Both the position numbers and the translations under genes were made by a program. Under the pieces are notes generated by a model, which was not told the DNA's origin, did no database searches, and saw only the letters and a list, made by a program, of their open reading frames with translations. From assembly GCA_030141605.1 (NCBI GenBank), contig JAQGDQ010000762.1:1-64000 (forward strand): a stretch of 64,000 nt of DNA, in the 5' to 3' direction. Positions 50,159 to 62,200 of this stretch are shown here, piece after piece (the stretch's first letter is position 1; every line of letters starts with the position of its first letter). Source of the DNA: Tubiluchus corallicola (lineage: Eukaryota > Animalia > Priapulida).

Positions 50159-52328
50159 ATGTGTAATTACGTGGCGACAAGGATACTTACTGCACTTTTT
50201 CCTCATTTAGGTAAGTAATTATAATTTAAACATAACACATATATCTCAGATAGCAATAGGTATTACATTTTCAGGCCAAATTTTTAAATTAGGCTAAAAT
50301 TGCCAAACTGACTTACTAGTGAATAGAGAGTACTTAGGCAAATGACTAGTTAATAATGACTATACTCACTATAGCTTGACGTAATTACTACATGTAACAT
50401 AGGCCTACATGGTTGTATATGGGCCATTTGGACCATTAATTACAGACAAAGTTGATGATTAATCATGTTTTGAGAATGCCCACCATAGAAGTATTATTGA
50501 AGCAGTATTGGTTTCTCAATTCTATTACTAGGCTTATTTTACTGAACAAGCAGAGCGATTAATTCCAGACTTATATGCCCGCATGATTATATTTAATGAG
50601 CTAATTTTAAACTTTAAGTCAGCTAAGCTCAAGAGGCCTTACGGTAAGTGACAACTTTTGACGTTTAAAACAACAGTTGATAAGTTAAGCAATACTGATG
50701 ACGTACCTTGAATCAGAGATCTGCTTAATTTTCTATACTAAAAATATCATCATCAACATAAATGTACGTTAAAGTCTTACGTTGTTATAATTATGCTTAC
50801 TTTCTGCCTGAATACTCATAATAGTGTATAATATAATATACTCATAATAAGTATAATAACATAAAGTACACATTTATATAGTTCGTCTGTCTTGCGGCGA
50901 CCTTATACATCACAGAAAGAAGCATTCAATTTACTAATACGACTTATCTGGGAAAGGACATAGGAATAAACTTCCCATGTTGAGGGAGGACAGATTTACA
51001 TCTGAGTATGGTTAAGACACCTCTGCACTGGTTTGGTGCCTAACTTAAAGGCAATATCTTGACACTGAGTGAGGTTTCATTCCTGTTACAACCATCGATG
51101 TTGAACAGTGTTGTCAAATGAATGCTGGATTCCAGCTTGCAGTGTGTTGAATTGATTAAAAAAACATTTAACACTGCTCTATTTTTAGGTTTAGCAATAG
51201 CAACAACTAACTGTCTAAAAGATGCAGAAATTGGATGGGATGATCCAAACAATGTGTATAGTTGCAAAGATGATTCTATGTATTGTTGCTTCAGAGATGA
51301 GCCTGCTTGCTGTGAGAATGCCATATCTGCAGAAAAAATGTGAGTGAAATAATTCTAGAATGTGTATACACCAGAAAAGATGCAAGATATCTTTTTTATC
51401 AAATTTACTAAACTTCTTTGAATGGCTTGTGTGATTGTGAAAAAATACTGAACTGTAGCATACTTAGAGCACATAATTTCAGCTAGTTCACTAGGTTATT
51501 TTGATTTTAACTTATTTTGATTAAATTTTACTTTGAAGCACTTATGCCTGTCACTTTAAATTGCACGCACTTTCAGTTAGCTACATAAACACTAAAAATT
51601 ATTAATTAGTGAAACTTCATGCGAGAGAAGGAAGCAAACTCGCTTACCAACTAGGATTTGATTCTAAGCTCTCTTCTCAGAGGCAGGCACTCCAGCCAAA
51701 GGAGACACAGATTGTTTGGAGGGCACCCCAATTCTAATCCGTTTATGATAAACATTGTTTTTGCACTTCCACCAAGATTCAGGCACTGACTACTCTACAA
51801 TAGTAAGTTAATTTACTAGTTACATCCATTAGTAAAAACATCGAGATGATAACTGAGCACCTCTGTTGTTCTGCAGGTTGGATCAGATGCTATTATGGAT
51901 TGCTGTTGGGGTAATTGCAATTGGCATAGCAATATTTATCTACATAAACAGGTCAGACTTTTGTGGTTGTTCATCTGGTTCAAGCATTAGAACTTGGTGC
52001 ATTAGCACATGCTGCTGCTGTAGACAAAGCGAAAGGTGAATTTACGTGATCAATTTTATTTGCCAATAAAAACTTTTTCTAACAATGTTGTAATAAACAA
52101 TTTATTTTATTTTCAGTTTCATGATTGAGCTTTGATACTGAGTACATGAACTAAATTTAACTGATACAAGTTATACAACTTAATCTTAAAAAGATGTACA
52201 TGTTGATTATGTTTAGTACTTTTTGTTTGTGTAAATATTGCAGCAAAGAAATGACAAGTGCAATGGTGGAAAATTCACAAGACGAAAGAGATTTCAACCA
52301 ACTCAATGTGAATATGTCTCAGTGTTGA
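50159..52328 (+). CDS. Small single-pass membrane protein with six-cysteine ectodomain (Shisa-like / WBP1-VOPP1-TMEM92 type), 148 aa
   Basis: Exons 50159-50210, 51189-51339, 51877-52035, 52244-52328 (447 nt; phases 1,2,2; donors GTAAGT, GTGAGT, GTGAAT). Translation: MCNYVATRILTALFPHLGLAIATTNCLKDAEIGWDDPNNVYSCKDDSMYCCFRDEPACCENAISAEKMLDQMLLWIAVGVIAIGIAIFIYINRSDFCGCSSGSSIRTWCISTCCCCRQSESKEMTSAMVENSQDERDFNQLNVNMSQC*. AATAAA at 52511. Confidence 0.78.
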
Positions 52329-52436
52329 AAGCGATTATTATTGAATTAATGTCACTTATATACGAAACCAAATTTCACAAAAAATACAGTAAGAGATCTG
52401 CAGCTTAATGGTATTCTTTTAAGAAATACATTGATT

Positions 52437-52484
52437 TAAGAACTGCTGTGATTTCTATATTAAGAACTGCTGTGATTTCTATAT
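52437..52484. repeat. Perfect 24-bp tandem duplication
   Basis: TAAGAACTGCTGTGATTTCTATAT twice (52437-52460, 52461-52484), in the presumed 3' UTR of the Shisa-like gene. Confidence 0.9.
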
Positions 52485-53237
52485 AACTTTTTAAAACAGA
52501 CAAAAATGCTAATAAAAAGTTATTGTTTCAGGTCACTGACTTCAGACAGTACAGTGTAAATACCAATTTATAAAAACTGTGTCACTTTGTAATCTCTGTA
52601 AATCCTAAATTATGTGGGTTATTGCTGTTTATATTCTCAAAATAATTATATGCAAATAACAGAGAAAAATCACATTCCATCAAAATCTGTACGTGTAATA
52701 TACAAGCATACTGTGTAGTAATGCTTGACATACATCATGCTTATATATTTACACTAAAAATGCACATTTGTCAAAATATATTGATCCACTTCTAGTAATG
52801 CTGAAAGTGTTTTATAGTGGTTTCTTTCAAGTTCTATTGGTGAATTTGATACAGCAAGTCATAACACCTGTAACTTGGTAACTCAACACATTTAGTTGCT
52901 TAGCAGTGAATTCAAATGAATACATTAACTGCCCTTGGTAAGGAAGAATCAATAATCGTACATGTAGTTACAATCATGAGTCAGTATAAAATCTTTTACT
53001 CAAAAATAATTTTTTGAGCCAACCTGAAAATAACCAAAAACTAGAATTTGGCAATGTGGCTGACTAGCTTTGATAACTGACACATATACTTATGTCAACT
53101 ATCACAAAATACAAAATATTCACAAAAAAAATTATAACAAGATCATACAACTTTTGCAATATGCATACAATCTCAAAGCTTACAGGCATCTGTTTTTCAA
53201 CAATGTTTGAAAAACACAAGCAAAATAATGGTTAAGT

Positions 53238-56200
53238 CTACATGAAGAAAGAAGATCCAAACTTAGCTGTAAATTTTGACAAAGCTGAATCACTGATCAC
53301 AGCATGAACCGTTAATAATTCTGGGTCTCTGTGCTCTTCCACTGATTCCACAGAAGATTCCTTATACAGCCACCTATAATGAAAACAAAAACATTGTTAC
53401 ATTTAATTTAATGTTATGTGACATAAAGCATTTCAGTGTGGTCTGGAAGTAAATTGTAATATTTGAACCTATTTTCTGTGTAAAGCTGGCAGTGCCTCGC
53501 ATGTACTGAACACATGCACATCAAACAAAACATAACCATGCATTATACATATCAACTGTTTTGCTAACTAGGCTGTGGCCTATAGCACCAAATTTTTAGG
53601 TGTCCTGTGTTAATTTTTTTAATCTTATAGATCTCCTTGGAAAATGTGTATGCTTGAATATTTCATTTAAAGGGCGTAATCTACATAATTAGTTATGATC
53701 ATATATTCGGAGTATTCTAAACTAAATAAGCCAGCTTCAGTCTAGCAGCATTCGTTAAGGTTATTGAAAGAGAATAGTGCTCTGCTTTATAAAGAAGTTA
53801 ACAGTGGACAAACTATGGGGTCATTTGGCTTAATTTACACTTGCATGATTGTAAGTTGTTAATCTTACATTTTAAAAGATGGGAGTCTGATACTTAGTGA
53901 CTTTTCCCACTTTTTTACCAACTCCAATATAGTACTTACTTCAATTGCATAAATGGTTTTTATTTTTTATAAAATCACCAATTGTACACCGATGCCTGTC
54001 AGGTGAACTGACCCATTCCTTCACGGTAGCCTATAAATTACGAATGTTTACACTAACAGCATGTCTTTGCTTTCAACTTTTTGCAATCAGGAATCTGAAC
54101 ATTTATAAGATTAAATTGATCAGAATAGGTGGTACATCCTATAATATTCTGTCTGCTAATATTTGTAGTGAAATTTGCATCTTATAGAATAATCAGTTAA
54201 TTAAGTTCTTTTTGTGACTTTGGGCACGTTATAAAAACTAATACTGTAGCAGTCTGACAAATTACACTGTAGACTGGAAAACAATTAATATTAGCAATGA
54301 AGCATGTTCTTGTAGTTCTGTTGAATATCTGATTTGAAAGTGTAAACAGACCAGCGAGTTTTTCGACATTTTTCTTGGAGATCGCCAAAAATTTCGAGAC
54401 ATAGTTGCAGATGCAAACAATCTGTGAACAGACTACAAGTTTTTCGTTCCTATTTTTCTTGGAGATTGTCACATTTCGGAGACATAGTTGTAGATGCAAT
54501 CAAGTTCCAGATTACACATAGAACATCTGTAGTTATAACACACTATCATCTATTACCGAGCCTGGTTTTATGTAAGCACCACATAACAAACAAACACAGT
54601 TTGCACAATTATATTCAGATAGTTTGCGGAAGTAATACATAAAAGGAACTACACCACAAGCAGTTGCGCAACCTGAGTCATTATAACCTTTATGCAAATG
54701 AATGGACAATTGAATATGCTTAAGAATAACCGTGTAGGACTGTAGGTACATGGTGCCACTAATATAGCACAAGCAATTGGAAATTGCTTCTCATATATAA
54801 ACAACCATATTGGAAGTGAGCAGGACTGATTACTATCAGCCTAGGGCGTTGTAATGTCTTAATACGCCTTAATAAGTGATAATGCATTCATTTATTTATA
54901 TTCATTGTTACACATAATATGCATTACACAAGTACCGGCTATACATCACATTTGGTTTTTTCTTTTTTGTCCAACTTTTACACACTAGCAACAACAAAAC
55001 AGAGGTTTCAAATTGCAATGCAAGAACTGGTATTATTGAAATGAGTGCTGTCTACTTTTCTGCTGGTGTTGAAGACAGTCGGTTTTTATTGCTGCTATTT
55101 ACCTGCAGATTGACAGTGTGGAAAATTTTCATGTCTTCTAGCTTGTACCATTTACCCACTAAAGCCAATTTCACATTTTTATAGCACTTTTGGCTTGAAA
55201 AGGCCAGCGAAATTAATCATATTCAAAAGTGCAGAAGAAAAATTGCAGACTATGCAAACTAAAATAAGATCAGTAAAAAAGGTCCCTGATCAAAAAAATG
55301 ATGTAGATTTACAAATGAAAATAATGAAACCTTTGACAGTTTGGTACATAGCATTCCGCAACAGTGAAGAGTTTCTTATCAATTTTAATGTACTGTCAGA
55401 TGATGTTTATCCATAGGGAATTGTTTAGAAAATTAACATCGAAAATATCAGTCTATGGCTCTTTCGAATAAAGAAGCACAGTAAAGCAGTTAGTTGTATC
55501 ATTTTCTGAATGTCCTTCTTAGCTACCTAAAATACTGTTTTAATACATTTAACTAAATTCAGTGTATTTTTATTCCTCCTAAGGTATTTTTTATTATTTT
55601 AAAGTTTACTTCGGCATTTTAAAATGATATGTAAATATTAATAATTGCAGTAAGAACTAAAAACTAAGAATTACTAATGACATGCACCATTAAACATATT
55701 ATTATTAAAAGACAAAAATATGTAAGTGCAAATATTAAAACAATAATTCTCAGTTAAATGCAGCATCCTGCTATCACTTTGTGCACACTGTCACAATGAT
55801 CACGGGGCACCAATATGAATCAGGGATAATGAGTACAAGAAGTGTCATGATGTCACGACAACCTGTCGTAAAAACACAATCTCACCAAATTGCGTAACTT
55901 TTTCAGGATACATTGCCGGTATATGAATGCATGAAAAAGTGATAGTATGTATGCCACATAACACATCTCTTACAAGAATGATGGTCTGCTGATATTCAAT
56001 TGTCCAACTGAATAAGTTTATTTTACATGCTTGACACACAAAGACTCTTACTGAAGTTCTTCTCCTCCATTTGGCACGTGAAAAGTTTTGAGCATCTTAG
56101 CAGTGCTTTGCAAAATTTTGATCTCTATGAGCTCCAGCAGTGAATTGATACCAGTGCCTTTTGTTGAAGAAATCATGAGAGCATCTTCATCAGCATCAGC

Positions 56201-59200
56201 AACTTCACTACAAAAAGTTATCATAGGCAATTTTTAATGTGTAATGGTTGATTGACTAACATCACATAATTGGAGTACTTATACAATTAATTACTTACAG
56301 CATGCACTGTAAGAAAGCAAGAAGATAATTAAGTAAGGAAATGATATTTTTGTCTCCAATATTTACAAAATAAACAGTTAACACAAAAAAATCAACGAGA
56401 CGGGTGGATGAAATGACCAATGGTCAACAGGTCAGCACTCCTATCCAAAATTAAAGATTAAGGAATTAAGGTTTATCAAGTTGGTTTATTTGCATTTTTC
56501 GCATACTCGTCATCTTTTTTGCACATCGAAATCATCTTTTTTTTGAAATTTTACCAAAATTCACAAATCCACCATGCCTGATAATTACTGTTCATACAAA
56601 AAAATTTAAATATAAGATATAAATCATATAATTGACCATCACTTTACTGGCTTATATCCCCATAAATTTTTTTATTTATTTGCATTTGGCTTACTGTTTC
56701 CTGAAAATGCCATAGATACTCACCAACCCAAAAAGTTGCTAGTTATTGAACAACATAATAAAAAATCAAAATAAATATCTTGAATTTTCCAAGTCGACAA
56801 CACAAAAGAAAAATATTTCCTTAAATCTTTATTTTTAAAAGAGCCTTGTTCTTGTTGCAATCAACTTTTTAATTTATATGAAGATACTATATTATTTGAT
56901 TTGTCTCCAACTGTGTAACTTGTTAAAATAATATTATAGAGTTAGAAGAATAATGCATATCATATGTTTATGAAAAACATCCTATTAAGAAAAGAAATAC
57001 TTCAGGTCATTAACTAGTCACTTCAGGTTTTTTGAAAACTCTTCTTGAAAGCTCATAATACTTTATTGCAACAATTGTTTGTTAATTTAAAGCAAACAAA
57101 ATTTAAAATAAAATATAACATTATTTCACTTAAGCCTCACTAACAAAATAATGCCCATTATTAGGAATACCGTTCAGAAACGGTGAAAGCAATCACATTA
57201 ATTGAATTTATGTGATGAAAAAAATCTCATTGGTAAGTAATTTGCAGTGACGTAACTAGAGTTTGTGGCGCCCGGTGCGACACTTGAGTTTGGCACCCCC
57301 CAACGGAAATGTTTATGTAGGAAAATTTTAGTTTTGCAAAATTCAGCAATGTTACCTCCAGTTTCAATAAGTTGCGGAGATAAATTGATAAAATAATAAA
57401 ATATTACTGAAAAAAAAACAAAATAAAATAATGGGTTTGTAAAGAAATAAATTCATCCAATTATGCTTCATAACTCAAATGTCATGATGCTCAAAAGGCT
57501 TCGTCAATTGTTAATGCAGAAGTTAACGTTATAATGGTGGTTGAAGTCTTGAAGACAATTCTGAAGTGATTTCTAAGACACTGTGTTTAACGGGGAATTT
57601 TGAACAACTTAACAGACGACTGAAGTAAAGTAAAACTTTAATGCCGTCAAGATATTCCAATGATAAAGTAGAGATTGGTGTTTGTAAATTAGTTAATAGA
57701 TCCACAAATAACTATGCCAAACGAAGAATTTTTTTTAATTCACATTCTGACGGAGATATTAAAAAACTCTCAAACCATGTTGGTGAGCCAGGAAGACACT
57801 GAATCACAATCATTATTGTGTAAATAATGGCAATGTAATTGCAATGACATCAGTGTTATAGAAACAAACACCAGCGGTAAATACATTAAAAAGTGTGAGA
57901 AATTTTATGTAAATGTGTGATAAGCTTGCATCTACAAATGCGACTGTAAATGTATTCTACAGTTAACTCAAAACGTGTACTGTGCAGACACTTTGAAAAC
58001 AACAGCAATTTCTAATTATCGTCTTCGCAGGCCCTGTAAGCAGCATTTTCTGGAAAATTAAATTGCCATGCATTATGCTTTTCTACTATTCTGGAAGAAT
58101 CAACTTTTTTGTTAACTTGACCAAAATGCCACCCGGGGCGGACTGACCCCCCCCCCGGCTATGCTGCTGGTTTTGTGACTTGCTAGCTACAAATGAAATT
58201 GTAAGAAATCTGAAATAGCGAACATAGCAATCTAGGCAATCTTTTACCTCTTAGTGATTTACATGCTAGCATTTATTTGATGATTTCGTGTATTGTTTTC
58301 GAAAAAATAAGAAGTAGCAGGATAATTGCCTGAACAGTAAATTATATACACCTAACCATATTCATACAGGCCAACATGCTGTATTCAAGCAGTTATGACA
58401 GTTTGAGTACAGTCAAATTTAGCTGTTGCCTGATTCTTAACATTTACCCTGGATGGAGGTCGCACTTGTTGCAAACTTCTATCATGTTATCCAGCAGCCT
58501 ATCTGGTAGACCAAATGTCAACAATGTGTTGATTACATTCTGCTTCTGGGCAGAAGAATCTGGGTGACTAATGTCTCGCACATGAATCAACAGATCCTAC
58601 AAATTATAAAACAACGAACAATGACTATATAGCAAATGTAGAAACATCATAAACAGAAACAATAACACATAGTGGTGTATGGAACTGTGCAAATTTTTTC
58701 CATTCGAAATCATCCTTATATTTTTACATATACTTTGGCACACCACAAGACAAAATCCAGCAGGCAACAGTGGCGCTCACTTAGTATGATTTTTGTGACA
58801 TGACCAGAGCTAAGATGAGCCACTGATTTCACCCATATCTGTTTTCTTTTTGATATCTGAGTTTATGTATGTCAGTCCTTTACAAAGTAGACAACAAGGA
58901 CCTGTACAACCAATGAAACCACAGAGTGCAAGCATTGAACCAGACAGTCATGAGCCATTCATACACAGCATGCATGCATATGACCTCGGCCAAAAACAAA
59001 GTCTCATGAGTTCTAATAAAATAAGTTAATACAACAAACAAGCTAAAGCTTCTTAAACAACATTAACGTATTTACTTATTTTAACAGATAATAGATTCAA
59101 TAGATTAAATGACTGCTATTAGATTACGAAACTAGACGGTGCAATCTCGACTCAAGGTTAGGGTTACTCGACCCGAGGTTTATGCAAGACAGATTTTTAC

Positions 59201-62200
59201 TAATCATGTGCAAGCTTGCTTCTTACAGTGTGGCTGCATAGCAGACCACGAATGCCCAGAGTTTGTCACAATTAATCGCATAAAACGGTTTGATTCATTT
59301 TGAAAAACAATAATACTAGGGATTGATCTATTAATTAAGTTCTTTTTGTGACTTTGGACTTGTGACTTTTTGCACTCAACATTGGAGCAATATGCCTCTG
59401 TCACCCATAGCAATAATACTTGGTTATTATTAAAAAACTGCAGTACAAATCATATGGCCAGACTGCATAGTGCATATGAACATGATTCAATTTGTGCATT
59501 GTACATGCAAATAAAAGCATCTACGAAAGTAAGTTATTTTAATAATTCAAAGCTTGCATTGAATCATGCAAGCTACAATTGTAAAACTTTCTCAAACAGT
59601 TTTATATAACCTGCAAGAAACAAGAATAACAAATTACTGAAACGCTTATGTGAATTGAGTTTTTCTTGCGTTTGTTCATATCATCTTTGTCTAGTCTCTT
59701 GCTTCCTGAATTTGCTTCTTTCTTTCTTGTTAGCATTTTCTCTTTTTTCTCACTCACATTGTCCACAATATGGTGAGTGTTGCAGCTAGTTATGTAATAA
59801 CTCAAACCACATGTTGTGCATAGAAATTAATTGGTAATTGGCTAATCATTTGGTATATATAACTTGCTGACCTATTTAGTGTTATGATCTAGCTGTAATG
59901 AGTCCTCGATTTTTGCCAGTGTTTTTGTACATGTATGGGTAATCTGAGTTAGATCTTCTAAATTAAAAACTGGCCTATTCAACTTGTTAACTTTTTTTAC
60001 CATACATTGCCGGGGTAAGGATTTGAATACCAGCCAAGAAATATACCAGATGGCACAGAAAAAACGTGCCGAAGTTCAGATTACAATAATATTAGAAGCA
60101 AGTGCTCCTTAAAGTTCATTAAAGTGCTCCTTGGCGTGATATTACAGTACCTTAGCATTTGGCTGAGAAAGTTATAAAGTTTATAAGTTTAAAAGTTTTT
60201 GAGTTATAGCCGAAAAACTTTTGCAAGTTAAAAATTTAATTGCCAAAACAATATCTGCTAATCACCAATAACTGTAAAACAGCCCAATGACGCATAAAGC
60301 ATTCAGTGAAATGGCAGCAGAACATCAATCAATTTACATCATAGTCCTCATTTACATTTACGTCACGACAATGATATTGTGATTTCCTTAAAGAGAAAGT
60401 GTAAGGGAACTAAAGTCAAAAATTGTTGAGTACAGGGACCATATACTACTCAAATAAGAGAAACTGTGTCAGTTGTTAAAAGAAATGCCTTCCTCTAGTA
60501 TGTAGTGAAAATGGTGGACTTGTAAATTTTAACAATGGTGACATACAAAAATATTCTAGCATTTACTTTTTGACTTGTTAATATAAACCTGCTGCATCTT
60601 TGAAAAATCAGAAGAAAATGATCAAAAATTTTTGGTGTTATTACATAAGCATCTGTATCATCAGTGTTATAATTTCCAACCGATTGTGTTTTTTTCTTCT
60701 TATAATAACTAATCAAAACGTCGGCAGTTTTTCTACTTGGTATACTACCTGGTATAAGATGACACTCTATCTTTTTGATTGGCTTTAGGATTATTAAAAT
60801 TATAGTGATTCTGCAGTTAAAATGCTAGTGCTCGTTTAACTGAGAAATTCACTCATTTGTATATACGCTGCTTGCTTAATATATATGGTGTATTGTAGCA
60901 CATGACACACACATTCATTGCATCACTTTTTCACCATATACATGAGCAAGTCTTATATTTTTGATAGCTAAACTAATATAATTATTAAAACTAACCAAAT
61001 TCATAACTTACAGCTTGTACAACATCTACTAATGTTGTTTTGAAGGAATCTATTAGGGTAGTAGGAATATCCGAAATGAAGCCTATAGTGTCAATGAAAA
61101 GGACATTCATGTGGTTTTTCAGTGTACCAGAATGAGTAGTCACATCCAAAGTAGCAAACAGCTTATCTTCTGGTTGTAGCTTGTCCTCACCAGTTAAAGC
61201 CTTAATTAAAGATGTTTTACCTGAATATAAAAATGCAGTTAAGAAAGGTAATATGTACTTCATCAATGCAAAGCATGTAAGGAAGCATACTCAGGACTCT
61301 AGTGTTCAGAGTTTTTAAAAAATTTAAAAAGTTGCAATATATTACCTCCAGAACATACTTTCTGAGCAGGTCAAATTGAATTAACTCTAACCTTTTTCAA
61401 TACACAAAATAATAACATGCGTGCATTTTTGATTATTTTTAGCACATGACTAAGCTATACACCATTCACAAATAGTATCTCACCACTTGTTTTAGTGATA
61501 TCATAATAAATATTACAAATGCCACAAGATATTTTGGTTTGCAGGAGACATACAGTTATTTACTGCAAACAAAAAAATCAGCATTTTAGTGACTTTCTTT
61601 AGAAGATTAATTAAGAAGATAATACAAAAGCGAAATATAACGTGGAAAATTTATTATTCAAAAACAATTCATAAAATGTGGGCTGACCAGTTCCAACTTA
61701 TACTTGAAGGCAGACTTTTATTAAACAAATGACTGGAAACTGTTTCTTTTGCCTGCAGTTCTTTACAGGTCAAGGATACATTACTGAAATTACCATTTCA
61801 CTATTATGACAATATTAAATATGAAACAGAAGAAAGGAATACCTGCGTTCGTATATCCAATAACAGCAACTGTAGGAATTTCTTTCTTAATTCGGTTTTG
61901 TCTCAGTAGTTGTCTCTTGTTCTTCACCTTCTCTAATGCTTTCTTGATTTTTAATTCTCTTTCCTTGCATTTAAAATAAATAAAACCTATTAGAATAAGC
62001 ATGAAATTGCCACAAAATGCACTAGTACAGAAAATGACAGCAAATATTTAAATATAGAATTTTTAGCGTCAATTTAATGACCTACATCCAAAAAAATACA
62101 TGAAACGTTTTATGGTGTTTTTGTAGTATTAGGTCCAGAGAATAATGTACCCAAAATAGGTCACAATTTGAGCACCAGAAAGGGCTTAATTATAGCATCA

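Noticed and set aside
61964-61966. AAG acceptor of a GTPBP6 exon as non-canonical splicing
   Set aside because: AAG is an uncommon but canonical AG acceptor; it gives the expected RLLR|ERELKIKKAL junction.
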